Positions 37,276-50,609 of a DNA stretch of 64,000 nt are shown piece after piece. Under the pieces are notes generated by a model. It searched no databases. It worked only from the letters and a program-made list of their open reading frames with translations, and was not told the DNA's origin. The translations under genes and the position numbers were made by a program. The stretch's first letter is position 1, and the number at the start of each line of letters is the position of its first letter. This DNA is from Octopus bimaculoides (Eukaryota), in contig NC_068981.1 of NCBI RefSeq assembly GCF_001194135.2, forward strand, positions 34,211,680 through 34,275,679, written 5' to 3'.

Positions 37276-38769
37276 GAAAAGAACTATATTGAGTCGCCTA
37301 ATGTGTAACATCAGTTTGTCGAACACCATCTTTGAATGTGTCAACTGTTTTTAAGCATGATATTTTCATGGATGTACGCGACATATCATCATGGTTTCTT
37401 TCCTGTTAATACGCAAAAACGACTTGGTGTTTGTATTTCTGCATCCGTCGTGTTTGTTGTTAGATGTGTTTCTGTAAATGTTATGCATATTGCTTGATTA
37501 CATGAGTCAGAAATTTTACATCTGTTACAAAACTGTGATACTCTCCTGTGCATATTTCGCAATTGGACTGATATGAATATCTTTGGTTTATTTGTGCTGG
37601 CTTTGTATTTCGAGTTGTTGTTAGTGCGACCATCTCTTCACATTACCTTTGTAATGCGCCCTTTTATGATACATCCTGTTCTTCCAATTCGACCTTGCAA
37701 CTTCTCACACCTTCCCAAATACACTCCTCTCTTCTTTTTAAGTGTGTCCAAGACCTGAGTGTCTTATTGGTTCACAGCTCTTCCTCCACCGCACGCAACC
37801 AGCCCGGATTTTTCTCTTGTTCCCGTTCCCGTGGTATCATCTGTCGCCGCCGCCGCCTCCGCCGCCACCGCCTCCGCCTCCGCCTCCGCCTCNNNNNNNN
37901 NNNNNNNNNNNNNNNNNNNNNNNNNNNNNNNNNNNNNNNNNNNNNNNNNNNNNNNNNNNNNNNNNNNNNNNNNNNNNNNNNNNNNNNNNNNNNNNNNNNN
38001 NNNNNNNNNNNNNNNNNNNNNNNNNNNNNNNNNNNNNNNNNNNNNNNNNNNNNNNNNNNNNNNNNNNNNNNNNNNNNNNNNNNNNNNNNNNNNNNNNNNN
38101 NNNNNNNNNNNNNNNNNNNNNNNNNNNNNNNNNNNNNNNNNNNNNNNNNNNNNNNNNNNNNNNNNNNNNNNNNNNNNNNNNNNNNNNNNNNNNNNNNNNN
38201 NNNNNNNNAAACTTCATTATGCAAAACTTTATTTACGAAACCTTTTAATGTTTACAGTCTTTTACAGTTCTTAAAGTCATTACTGATGTCAATACGGATT
38301 CATTAAAATAATTTGCTCCGTCCTCCAGTTTATATTTAATACATTTAAATATGACATACATTTAATATGACGATGACGATGTCAATAACAATTTCAAGAT
38401 AGTCAACAATGCAATCAAGACTGACGATTACGAAATTGTGTCAAACGGTGACGAATTTGAGATTGACGTTGACCAGGTTGTGGTAAATAACTTCGAATTT
38501 GCGAAGGAAAATTTATAAAACTAAAACAAAAATTTGTAAAGTGTAGCCTGTCAAACTGAATTTTTGTTTATTTTATAACTTATTGAATTTTCAATTCAGT
38601 GAAATATTGATTAATTAATTAATTAATTAATTAACGATGACGGATTACGACACACATCACACATTTTTTTTTCACAAGTCTCATCTAAGTTCCAATCTTT
38701 TAACGTTTACTGTCTACTTCATAGGGAGGCAACTCTTTTAAGTCAAGACAATATTTAAAACGTAAAGCA

Positions 38770-39035
38770 GGGGAGTTACTTGAGTCTCATGATGAAGAAA
38801 TATCTAATGCAGACCTAATGGAGATAGAACAACACCCTGCTAAAAAAATAAGATGATAAGAGCAAGCATGCAAAACCACCATGAATTTCAACAATGAAAG
38901 ATTTGTCTGAGCTTTTCCAGTTTTAGATAATGTTACGGCCACCACTGATAATGATTCTCAAAGGGAGAGAAATTCAAAAGCAAATGGATTAATAATGTGT
39001 GAACGCAGTTTCGACAAGGAATTATACAAACAGGA
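38770..39035 (+). mobile_element. Tigger/pogo transposase C-terminal fragment
   Basis: ELLESHDEEISNADLMEIEQ and DSQRERNSKA...KELYKQ resemble the Tigger C-terminus (ELL.SH.EELT.EDL.ELE...DP..ERS.KV). Confidence 0.55.
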
Positions 39036-39049
39036 AAATAATGACAATG

Positions 39050-39114
<65 letters not shown>

Positions 39115-39615
39115 TTCTTTTTTAATCAGATTTCGAAGACATGTTCTTTAATTATCCTATCGATTTCTATTAATCTGTGGTAAATGTATCTATTTATAGT
39201 ACATATATTTCCATGATTAATTCTTGAAGTGTTTTTAGCTTTTATTTGGGTATTTTGTTGGTGTTATTGTGACTAAGAATAACATAAAGAATAAATCATA
39301 CAAATTTAGGTATCTTTTTTATTTAAGCAAATCTATAGTTGAACGTGGTTTCGGTTTTCGTTTTTTTCACTTGAAGTCGCACTTCTCAAGAACGTACCAA
39401 CAACGTTGAGGACTGGTTCTATTTATCTATCTATCTATCTATCTATCTAGCTGTCTGTTTCTCTCCTTCTGTCCTTCTTTGTCTCCCTCTCTCTCTCTCC
39501 CTCTCTCTCTCTGTTGTGTCTGTGTACATTTCCTTCACATGAAGAGCAAATAAGTCCATAATATGAAATATTTATTTTTCTTTCTTTCTTTCTTTCTGTC
39601 TTTCTTTCTTTCTTT

Positions 39616-39663
<48 letters not shown>

Positions 39664-41744
39664 GACATTTTTATTGTCCTATATTTCACTATCTGTATTG
39701 TTATACACTCGAACGTGTATGTGTATATATATATANNNNNNNNNNNNNNNNNNNNNNNNNNNNNNNNNNNNNNNNNNNNNNNNNNNNNNNNNNNNNNNNN
39801 NNNNNNNNNNNNNNNNNNNNNNNNNNNNNNNNNNNNNNNNNNNNNNNNNNNNNNNNNNNNNNNNNNNNNNNNNNNNNNNNNNNNNNNNNNNNNNNNNNNN
39901 NNNNNNNNNNNNNNNNNNNNNNNNNNNNNNNNNNNNNNNNNNNNNNNNNNNNNNNNNNNNNNNNNNNNNNNNNNNNNNNNNNNNNNNNNNNNNNNNNNNN
40001 NNNNNNNNNNNNNNNNNNNNNNNNNNNNNNNNNNNNACACACTCACACGTCTGTTCGCACGTGTGTATATGCAACGACTCTGTCTATCATTACCAGTTGC
40101 ATCGTCATATCCAGTCTTCTGGATGTGCACCAAAAACCATTTTATATTCTAAATGTGGTTTAATATGATTGAAAACACGTCAAGACAATAGCTCGTGCGT
40201 TTTCTTATTGATGCAACAATAACAAAAACACAGTCATCACGTGGTATGTCGTATACTGTCAGGGAGACTCCTACTCTCCACACACAAGGACACGCGCGCG
40301 CGCGCACACGCACACGCACGACAGGCTTACAGTTACAGACATGGAAAGTATTCGTTAACCAATTGGTCCCAGACAAGAGTTCCTAACAGAAATACAAATT
40401 TATGGTTATATACAGAAATTGAAAAATTTCCCTTCTTCTGCAGGAAGCATGAAGAGAAGCAACACACGCACCCACACGCTCACATACACACGCACACACA
40501 CACACACACGCACACACACACACACACACACACATTGAGATATCTTGGTGCAAATGTTGACAGTAGGTTAATGTGTATAACCACATAGACAGCTTTGTGA
40601 ATTTTGCGGTAAATAACTGCAAACAGAATGCACATATGCATACCGAGCTTACAAGCACACATGTATTGTCATTCGGACCAGTTTATTATTCACTCGCACT
40701 TGCTTCCGCCCACATGCCCTGCACGCGACATATCATCATTTATAAATAGTTCAGCCGATTTACGGTTACCTATCAATGCCTGCCAGTATGTATGTACTTA
40801 TTCAAGTGATATACGATCAGAATTGTGGTACACATGACATTGGTACAGTTTATGGGCGTAATTATACGGGTGGTATAATACAATGGGTACTGTAATGTGT
40901 GCGTACGTGTTTGTGCGTGTGCGTGAGTGCGTGAGAGAGAGAGAGAGAGAGAAAGAAAAGAAAGAGAGAGAGACACAGACTCACATACACAAACACACAT
41001 GCATCGTGTGAGTAACTTACGACGTGTTGAGGTATTATACGAGCATGAAATAGCTATGGTAAACATACTTGTAACTTTGACACAAATGTGATGTTGGGAA
41101 CTGGGTATCTAGGGCTTCACCACTTATTTGTTCCACCACCACAACAACCCCCACTACCATCATAACCATCACTTTCATCAAGTGGAGATCAATGGGGCCA
41201 CTCGGCTTTTCATGGTAAGCCTTTCTAAACTGCCGTCAGCCGTCACTCGCAAGCGAATATGGTTTGGTAAAGTGCTATATTTTTTATATTGACTATAGAG
41301 TCACAAGCAGACATAAACACCAGCTCATTCCCAGCGATGTGTTCAATTATGTTGAGCTTTTGAGTACATCTTTTCCGGGTAAATATTGCAAGTTTTCAGT
41401 TAAGATGGAGAATCAATTTTATTATCGTGCTGGAGACTCGTACATAACCCAGTGATCCGTAACAAGACGCAAATCATTGGTTTTCATTGCTTATTTTTCA
41501 TCCAGTCGATTAAACGACCTATAATATTGATATAGTTTAGCATGAGCATGTATAGATTTTATGTGTGCATACGCCATTAACAGATTCATGCGTTTATTCA
41601 TAAACACGCATGTTCACATATATCCGCACACACACGCACTTGTCAACATAAACACTTTATATATGAATATATGTGTGTGTTTACACAAACACACACACGT
41701 ATGTATGTATATATTTATGTGTGTGTGTTTTTGTGTCTGCGTTT

Positions 41745-41930
41745 GACCCCCCCCCTCCCATCACCGCTTGACAACCGGCGTTGGTTAGTTTACGTCCCCG
41801 TAACTTAGCGGTTCGGTAAAAGGCTTAAAAAATAAGTCTTGGGGACGATTTGTTCGACCAAAATCCTTCAAGGTGGTGCTTAAGCAGAAGCTGTAGTCAG
41901 ATAACTGGAACAAGAAAAAGAATAAAAGAA
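41745..41930 (+). mobile_element. SINE family C, 3' half after (TG)n
   Basis: CGCTTGACAACCGGCG...TTTACGTCCCCGTAACTTAGCGGTTCGG. Confidence 0.8.
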
Positions 41931-41989
41931 TACATACACGTACATGTGTACTAGTACAGACATGTCCTCTGCCTTCTGTCAAATCATCC

Positions 41990-42250
41990 AACCAGGACAT
42001 TATTCTCGTTCGGCGCAGACAGTTGCAGACTGGAGGAGACTTCATGGAAGGCCCCGCTCCAGATGGCTGGACGTGATTAAGGAAGATTTCCAGACGCTCG
42101 TCGTGACCTTGGAGGATGCAGAGGCGCTGACAAGGGACCTCCAGCGATAGGGAGCATTGGTGGACAATGTCAGCTTTACGCACGATGACATCTCTGGGAG
42201 CCCTGCCCCATCAAACAAGAGCATGAAGCAAGTAAGAAGAAGCAAGAATC
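41990..42250 (+). mobile_element. RTE-clade LINE 3' end
   Basis: WRRLHGRPRSRWLDVIKEDF...LEDAEALTRD...ALV, like the RTE C-terminal GRPxxRWxDxVxxDL motif; AAG-rich tail. Confidence 0.75.
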
Positions 42251-42821
42251 ACATATAAACATTTAGAGAGGGAAAGTTGATCCGGGTAGGATTTGAACTA
42301 GGAGTCCTCAAACGATTCTGCCAATTCGTACCGCGGGTCATATGTATGTATATATATATATATAGGAAAATGAAAAAAAGCCAGAATGCTGTACTGGAAG
42401 CATAATTTAATAAAGATTTTTTCTAACCGGTTTTCATTGCGAAGAAGCAAATTATCAAGAAGGAGAATGAAAATGTTTTTTTACAAAGAAGTACAAAATG
42501 AAGAAAATAATATATAAAACAATAATATATAAAAAAATAAATATACCCATACATTATATTGTCTTTCAGCTTTTGTAGTTCAATAGTAGTTCATGTATAA
42601 ATTGGTAGGAAAAATAAGGATGCATGAGGGTTGAGAGTTTTGTTAGGTTTAAAAAAAGGTTTAAAAGTTTGTGTTAAGCAGGAAATGTGGTGTCAAAACA
42701 GGAAGTGTGTGTAAGGGGAGACAAGTGTTTTTAGTTGGAGTTATGTATGTATGNNNNNNNNNNNNNNNNNNNNNNNNNNNNNNNNNNNNNNNNNNNNNNN
42801 NNNNNNNNNNNNNNNNNNNNN

Positions 42822-43357
42822 TATGTCATTATTCAGTTTTATTTCAAGTTTTCTTACCAATAGAAAAAGAGTTGTTTCTAACCTAGATCCAAGACACCTT
42901 CATTGCAATTTCAACATCAACAGGATATTTTTAGACTTGTGTGTATATGTGTAGTACTTGGAGTCAGTATATGTGCAGATTTGTGTCTTGTTTTATGTAT
43001 GTATTCTCATGCAAATAGTTGCATGTCTAGACATGCGCATATATACTTAAATGATAAAGCTCTGGAATGTTTTATAGATTTTTACAATTCTAGTGATGGA
43101 TTGGATATGTAGTCTTCGAATCAGCTTTCTCCTTTCTAGTTTTGAGAAGCCTAAATTCTCAAGATTGATACTTAGGTAGTGTGTTTCATATCTCAGGGCT
43201 CCAGTAATTACAGGTATGAACCTGAACAGGTAATCTGAGTAGAGTAACTGCATATTTCTCAATAATTCAGCATAAGTATCTTCTTTTTGTTGATCTTTAA
43301 CTTTATTTTAACATCCGCGGGGCAGCTGATTTCCACAGTTTCTCCTCTCTATTCCAA
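42822..43357 (-). mobile_element. R4-like RLE element 3' fragment with (CATA)n tail
   Basis: Colinear with 51688-52140. Minus strand encodes ...YAELLRNMQLLYSDYLFRFIPVITGALRY...; adjacent to (TATG)n. Confidence 0.8.
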
Positions 43358-43379
43358 AACATACGTTTCTGTATCACTT

Positions 43380-43800
43380 TTGCTCAGTTTAAAACAAAAC
43401 TTTATTGTATAGTGAGCTTCCAAATTGTCTTCTCTTATGTGTCTTGGCATGACGTTAAAAAGAGCAGGGTCGGTCGAGGTGAAATAGTTCTGTCTTTGTA
43501 TTGTGATGTGAGAGTAAGATTTTTGTAGAGGACGGATGGCAGGGTAACACGCCTTGGGTGAATTTTAAAGTTGATACAAACATTTGAGCAATGCTGTTGG
43601 AATATTTATTTTCCACGTCATACAAATGATATAGCAGTTGCGGAGACGTCGGAAGGGATAAAGTCTGAGTTTCTCGAGACGATCCTAATAATCAAAGCAT
43701 GGCATGTCGTCTATTTTTCTTGTATTCGATCTCTGCGGTGCTTCAATTTTTACATTTTGTTTCGTGTGGAGAGGCCGCAGCGGACAACAATATTTAAAGC
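43380..43800 (-). mobile_element. CR1-clade LINE 3' fragment
   Basis: IEAPQRSNTRKIDDM..FDY*DRLEKLRLY (cf. LEAIQRSFTKKI.GM..L.YWERLK.L.LYSL); continues the region that ends the 20950-21700 copy. Confidence 0.75.
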
Positions 43801-43860
43801 GAAGATGGAGAAAAGAAGGATAATATATGTATGCATGTATGTATGTATGTGTACATATAT

Positions 43861-43914
<54 letters not shown>

Positions 43915-43974
43915 TGTAATTTACATTATATACAATACACACACACACGAACAAATACATATATATGTGGATGG

Positions 43975-44325
43975 ATGTATACATGTATGTATGTATGTAT
44001 GTATGTATGTATGTATGCATGTATGTATGTATGTATGCATGTATGTATGTATTATGTATGTATGTATGTATGTATGTATGTATTANNNNNNNNNNATACA
44101 TGTATGTATGTATGTATGTATGTATGTATGTATGCATGTATGTATGTATGTATGCATGTATGTATGTATTATGTATGTATGTATGTATGTATGTATGTAT
44201 TATGTATGTATGTATGTATGTATGTATTATGTATGTATGTATGTATGTATGTATGTATTATGTATGTATGTATGTATGTATGTATGTATTATGTATGTAT
44301 GTATGTATGTATGTATGTATGTATA
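43975..44325. repeat. (TATG)n tetranucleotide array with periodic TAT-TATG interruptions
   Basis: Direct reading of the sequence. Confidence 0.95.
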
Positions 44326-45282
44326 CATGCATTTATAGTTGCTACATTGTCGGATCAATTACTGCTGCTGTCGCTTTCAATTGGTAGTGGTTACATAGAT
44401 TAAAAAAAATGGGTGGCGAAAGAGACTTGTGTCCGGGTTCATTCAGCGCACAATGAAGGCTGGATGAACACGGACATTCTCCGGTATCGTCACTGCTGCT
44501 GAGTACAGCCGACCTGTTGCATTACTGTTGGGAGGTGGCGCAATCGTTATGAATTCCTACCGTGATATACAGACACGAAATAGTTCATATATGCATCCAT
44601 TCATGCATAATTCCATATAATATGTGTGTGCGTGTATATTTATATGTATCTGTGTGTGTCTTTGTGTTTGTGTTTGTCTCCCACCGTCGCTTGACTACCG
44701 GTGTTGGTCTGTTTACGTCCCCGTAAGTTAGCGGTCCACGAGTGGACAACCATCATATATATCATGTGAGAGACGGAAGATGGGATCTATGAGAATCTTT
44801 ATTGATTATTACAATCGTTTCGACCCATCTAGCATCGATCCCTAGCGGGTGGAATAATGAGCATCTGGTTCAGAGCTATCCATCGGTGTAGATGTGTGTC
44901 CTTAGGTGATTTCAATAGATATCTCATTAAAATAAACTGTTTCGCAAGATTCCTTGGTTTTCATATATATAAATATCAAATTAAGATATACAGTTTCATA
45001 CATACAGAAGATCCATGACAAATATCAGATACAAAAAGAAACAAATACAACCATACAGTGAAAAAAAATATGTGTATATATATATACACACAAACACTTT
45101 AGGTTGTTACTTTTCTTAACGAGCTCGAGAGGATGAATGAGAAGATTGATTGGCACGGGATTAAACTGAGAATGCAGAGAATCGGAACAAACATATACAT
45201 GCTTGCATGTATGCATGTATGTTTGTATGTTTGTATATATACACATATATAATCTACACATACATAGATACATACAAACCTA

Positions 45283-45501
45283 TACTCTTTTACTTGTTTC
45301 AGTCATTTGACTGTGGCCATGCTGGAGCACCGCCTTTAGTCGAGCAAATCGACCCCAGGACCTATTCTTTGTAAGCCTAGTACTTATTCTATCGGTCTCT
45401 TTTGCTGCCGAACCGCTAAGTTACGGGGGACGTAAACACACCAGCATCGGTTGTCAAGCGATGTTGAGGGGACAAACACAGACACACAAACATAAACACA
45501 C

Positions 45502-45550
<49 letters not shown>

Positions 45551-45603
45551 CGACCAGCTTCTTTCAGTTTCCGTCTACCAAATCCACTCACAAGGCTTTG
45601 GTC
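45283..45603 (-). mobile_element. SINE family C with internal (TA)(TG) microsatellite; head lost in gap
   Basis: Tail at 45283-45480, (CA)n(TA)n at ~45495-45550, then CTTCTTTCAGTTTCCGTCTACCAAATCCACTCACAAGG. Confidence 0.9.
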
Positions 45604-46607
45604 NNNNNNNNNNNNNNNNNNNNNNNNNNNNNNNNNNNNNNNNNNNNNNNNNNNNNNNNNNNNNNNNNNNNNNNNNNNNNNNNNNNNNNNNNNNNNNNNN
45701 NNNNNNNNNNNNNNNNNNNNNNNNNNNNNNNNNNNNNNNNNNNNNNNNNNNNNNNNNNNNNNNNNNNNNNNNNNNNNNNNNNNNNNNNNNNNNNNNNNNN
45801 NNNNNNNNNNNNNNNNNNNNNNNNNNNNNNNNNNNNNNNNNNNNNNNNNNNNNNNNNNNNNNNNNNNNNNNNNNNNNNNNNNNNNNNNNNNNNNNNNNNN
45901 NNNNNNNNNNNNNNNNNNNNNNNNNNNNNNNNNNNNNNNNTGCATATATATACACACACATATATGTAAATGTGTGTGCGTACATCCATACATGAATACA
46001 GATATTCATAATGATACCCTCAAATCATAACAGCTACCAACAAAGACATACTTATATGTAGATCTTACATGACTTCACAATACACCCGAGCAGTGACCCA
46101 ACAAGTGCACAAACTTCTTTCATTATTCTTCTAGTCATTCTTCTTCTTTCTTTTATCTTGCTATTTATTACATCGTCTGCTGCTGCTGCTGCAGCAGTTG
46201 CTATTGCTACTGCCTCTGTTACTACTATTGATAGACTCATAGCTCTTTCATTTTTACCTATTTCTCAGTTTAATCAAATCTGCTCTACAACAATGTGGCC
46301 AGATATCTTACCGTATATGTTGATTATGTATGCATGTGTAATGATGCACACTTCTGTCGCTCTCTATGTCTCTGTCTTTGTCTGGCACTCTGTTTCTCTC
46401 TCTCTCTCTCTCCATCTATCTATCTATCTATCTATCTATCTCGGTATGTGTGTGTGTGTGCGTATGCGTGTGTGAGAGGGCGTGTCTGTGTGTCATCTCT
46501 ATGAAAATATGCAAATACGTCTTTATTTCATGCATTAGTTGATGTCTTTGTGTAAATGCTTATGTAAGTGAGCATTGATATATAGTACCTGCTTCGGTAG
46601 TACATAT

Positions 46608-46915
46608 ACTGGCACTCCGTCGGTTACGACGACGAGGGAGCCAGTTGATCCGTTCAACGGAACAGCCTGCTCGTAAAATCAACGTGCAAGTTACTGAGCA
46701 TTCCACAGACCAGACACGAGTGAGATTTAGCGTGAAACAAAATGTGGCAAGGCTAGCTCTTTGAAATAAAGGCACGACTCATTCTTGCGAGCTGAATTGA
46801 CTGGAACAACCTTAAATAAAGTGTCTTGCTTAAGGACGCAACGCGCCACCAGGAATCGAACTCATGACCTTATGATCTTGAGCCGAATACCCTAACCACT
46901 AAGCCACACACCTTT
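46608..46915 (-). mobile_element. Chimeric SINE: family D head and CORE with family B-type 3' tail
   Basis: 46790-46915 matches the family D head and CORE (AAAGTGTCTTGCTTAAGGAC...GGAATCGAACTC); 46608-46760 matches the family B tail (GGCACTCCGTCG...GGAACAGCCTGCTCG). Confidence 0.75.
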
Positions 46916-47074
46916 GCTGATGGAGCATATACTAAAAGTGAAACGATACAGAGAAAGAATATGTGTGTGTGCGTGTGTGTGTGTGCACGCGCGTGCGCGT
47001 ATATTCATATAATTCCTAATTATTAAGTATATATGTGTGAGTGTGTATATATTCATTTAATTTTTTATGCGCCC

Positions 47075-47378
47075 TTTTAAAGCCTAACCAGGCTCATGGG
47101 TCCGGTTTCCCGGTTTCTATGGCGTATGTGTGTGTGTGTGTGTGTCCCCCCCCCCACCAGTTGGACGGGGCGCCAGTCCATCGCGGCTTTACTCAAGAAA
47201 CAGGAAGAAAGAGTGAGAGAAAGAGTACAACAGGGTCGCCACCACCCCCTGCCGGAGCCTCGTGGAGCTTTAGGTGTTTTCGCTCAATAAACACACACAA
47301 CGCCCGGTCTAGGAATCGAAACCACGATCCTCCGAACGCAAGTCCACTGCCCTGACCACTGGGCCATTGCGCCTCCAC
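47075..47378 (-). mobile_element. SINE with family B head and body but an alternative tail
   Basis: 47200-47378 is the family B 5' half; 47075-47130 reversed (ATACGCC...GGAAACCGG...AGCC) matches the tail at 60605-60660. Confidence 0.75.
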
Positions 47379-47440
47379 GGTTATACTTCTACTAGACACA
47401 AAATACAATTTCTAATACTTAATTATAACGGTAATAAAAA

Positions 47441-47650
47441 GGGCGGCGAGCTAGCAGAATCAGAAGCGCGCTGGGCATAATGTTTTGCGACATTTCATCC
47501 ATCTTTACGTTCTTAGTTCAACTTCTGCCGGGGTCGACTTTGCCTTTCATTCTTTCAGGATCGATAAAATAAGTATCAGTTTATCACTGGGGTCGATGTA
47601 ATCGACTTACCTCTTACCTCTTGAGTCAAAATTTGAAATCAATATTTAGT
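47441..47650 (+). mobile_element. SINE family A
   Basis: GGCGGCGAGCTAGCAGAA...GTCGACTTTGCCTTTCATTCTTTCAGGATCGATAAAATAAGTA. Confidence 0.85.
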
Positions 47651-48084
47651 TATAAAAATATAATATGATCTTTTTAAACATCAAATAGCTAGGAGGGCCC
47701 GTCCAAGTAAAACAGAAATCAAAGGGGTCCATCATTGAGAAAAAATGGTTGAGAAACATTTCTCTAGAGGAAGGGAAGCTCTGGCGATATTAGGAACGAC
47801 CTCTTGAGCGCATTCTTTAATCGTAACGAAATGTACACTACAAGGACCGGTGATTTTGCTGGGTTGGCGTACCTAATCAAGCTTTAGGTATTTGGTAACT
47901 ATGTATGTGTGTGTGTGTAGTAGTAGTAGTAGTAGGAGTAGTAGTAGTAGTAGTAGGGAAATTGATGATGTGGGAGATGTATTTATAGATGAAAAATATT
48001 CTTAAAGATATCTCCTAAAAGAATGTAATTATTTTCGATGAGGGAGGTGACATATTATTGATCGTGTTATATATGTTGTCGTTG

Positions 48085-48447
48085 ATGTTATTGGCACTCC
48101 GTCGCTTACGACGTCGAGGGTTCCAGTTGATCCGATCAACGGAACAGCCTGCTCGTGAAATTAACGTGCAAGTGGCTGAGCACTCCACAGACACGTGTAC
48201 TCTTAACGTAGTTCTCGGGGATATTCAGCGTGACACAGTATGACAAGGCTGACCCTTTGAATTACAGGCACAACAGAAACAGGAAGTAAGAGTGAGAGAA
48301 AATTGTGGTGAAAGAGTACAGCAGGGTGCCTCGTGGAGCTTTAGGTGTTTTCGCTCAATAAACACTCACATCGCCCCGTCTGGGAATCGAAACCGCGATC
48401 CTATGATCGCGAGTCCGCTATCCTAACCACTGGGCCATTGCGCCACC
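48085..48447 (-). mobile_element. SINE family B with a short internal deletion
   Basis: Reverse complement of 7267-7653, lacking ~30 bp near 48326. Confidence 0.9.
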
Positions 48448-49105
48448 ACCATCGTATTATATAATATATCTCTCATAGGATGTATAATAACATGTATATG
48501 ATATGATATGCCTTATATAGGAAATAGCTCATATTTTTATAAAATCGTTATATCAAGAACCTTATAGAACACAACCGTTCCTGCAACTTAGATCACCGCA
48601 AGTATCTGATTAGCTGCATTATTTTTGTACTTCAGCTCATTGAACTCTGTTATTGATGAATGCTGAATATAAAAAAAAAAAAAAGCGAACAAAAGAAGGA
48701 GGAAAAATGAAAGAGAAAAGAAAAATAAGAAAACACTGAACAAGATTTTTCGTGGTGCTTAGTTGCGGCTGTTTACATTCTGAGTATCAATCTCGCAGGA
48801 GTGCATAAAATAAATATTAGCAAAGTATTAATGCCGGCTTAATCGAACATTCACCTTCGGCCCGGTATCTATGGACTTGTGTCTTCGTTAACAAAAATCA
48901 TTACTTTTACAATGGTGCGTTAACTTGCTATGGTGTTATCGAATCATACCAACGTTGCGTTTAAGAAATTTTCTCTAAAATTTAATTACAGTTGTTTCTC
49001 TTCCTCCCCTCTCTCTCGTCCTCCTCCCTTTCTCCCTCTCTCTCACTTTCCCTCTCTTAGTCTATCGATATGTATGCAAGTGTGTGCGTGTGTGTGTGTT
49101 TGTGC

Positions 49106-49156
<51 letters not shown>

Positions 49157-49320
49157 AGCTACATCAAAACTAAAAGATTTAAATCTTACTTTTAGATGAG
49201 TGGAATGCACAAAATACAAAACCCTTGAATAACTTACATAGCTTTACAGTGAGTATGTGTGCGCGCGTGTGTGTGCGTACATATGAAGATCTATGTTTCT
49301 GCAGACAGACAGACAGACAT

Positions 49321-49379
<59 letters not shown>

Positions 49380-49404
49380 TGGGCTGCAACCAGTCTTCAA
49401 GGGC

Positions 49405-49530
49405 TTCTAGTCACGTGGTTCTGAGTTCAGTCCCACTGTCTGGTACCTTGAGCCAGTGTCTTTTACTATAGCCTCGGGCTGACCAAATCCTTGTGAGCTG
49501 ATTTAGTAGATGGAAACTGAAAGAAGCCTA
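49405..49530 (+). mobile_element. SINE family C head fragment
   Basis: GGTTCTGAGTTCAGTCCCACTG...ACCTTGAGCCAGTGTC...GGAAACTGAAAGAAGCC, then (TA)n. Confidence 0.75.
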
Positions 49531-49847
49531 TTATATATATATATATATATNNNNNNNNNNNNNNNNNNNNNNNNNNNNNNNNNNNNNNNNNNNNNNNNNN
49601 NNNNNNNNNNNNNNNNNNNNNNNNNNNNNNNNNNNNNNNNNNNNNNNNNNNNNNNNNNNNNNNNNNNNNNNNNNNNNNNNNNNNNNNNNNNNNNNNNNNN
49701 NNNNNNNNNNNNNNNNNNNNNNNNNNNNNNNNNNNNNNNNNNNNNNNNNNNNNNNNNNNNNNNNNNNNNNNNNNNNNNNNNNNNNNNNNNNNNNNNNNNN
49801 NNNNNNNNNNNNNACCTAGTTAGCGTGATACATTTTGAGAATATATG

Positions 49848-49920
49848 GATAACAACAACAAATGGAGCAAAACGCATGTCGATGAAAGTTCCTTTAATTC
49901 CTACATATATGTTTCGAAGC
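49848..49920 (-). repeat. Inverted truncated copy of the family G 3' end
   Basis: Reverse complement of 50522-50594 (66 identical nt, then one mismatch). Confidence 0.9.
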
Positions 49921-50451
49921 CAGTGTACACGTATGTATGAGTGTGCGGGTGTGGATACCTGCATATTTGTACATATACAGGAAAGTAGGTATAGATACAG
50001 GCACGTATGTATAGGTGAGCGTGTATGTACATATGTCCATGTGGAGGTTTCTGTGTGGGTGTGTGTGTGTATGTGTATGGGTGCATGTGGGTGTGTGGGT
50101 ATGTACACATGGGTGTGCGCATATGTATGTGTGTATGTGCGTACACGCACATGTTTGTTAATGGGTGTCTGCACGCTAACAGACACATATGTAAACACTC
50201 ACTTTAATTATCTCCCCTCACCCACCCGAATAACTCCTTGACCACAGCCTTTAGCTTCACATCAATAACATCCTCCCTTTGTATTTCTATGTAAACTAGC
50301 GTTCTCATGCCTAAAGCCCGTGGAATTATATCGGTGACCCCGTCATAACTCTATGTAAACAAACCTTCTAACGGTCACTGACCATGTAACATCTCAGCTC
50401 GTAAGTTACCCCATCATTTCGTTTTTGTCTTGCTACTAAATGTTTTATTAT

Positions 50452-50546
50452 GTTCTCCCTGATGAGAAACAAGTGATAATTACAGCTACCCTTTCCTTTT
50501 TTTGTGAAATGACCCTCACTTGCTTCGAAACATATATGTAGGAATT
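50452..50546 (+). ncRNA. Type I hammerhead ribozyme fold (family G, copy 2)
   Basis: CTGATGA at 50459-50465; stem II GAAACAAGTGA/TCACTTGCTTC (10 of 11 bp); GAAA at 50527-50530; palindromic stem III ACATATATGT; GUA at 50538-50540; stem I reduced to 3 bp. Confidence 0.7.
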
Positions 50547-50609
50547 AAAGGAACTTTCATCGACATGCGTTTTGCTCCATTTGTTGTTATTATCTATCTA
50601 TCTGATTGA

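Noticed and set aside
38366-38518. Acidic open frame YDDDDVNNNFKIV...
   Set aside because: Preceded by an in-frame stop with no start codon or acceptor; probably degenerate GAC/GAT sequence or transposon decay.
44440-44490. NEGWMNTDIL pogo-like motif and an 11-bp hairpin
   Set aside because: Too short, with no other transposase motifs nearby.
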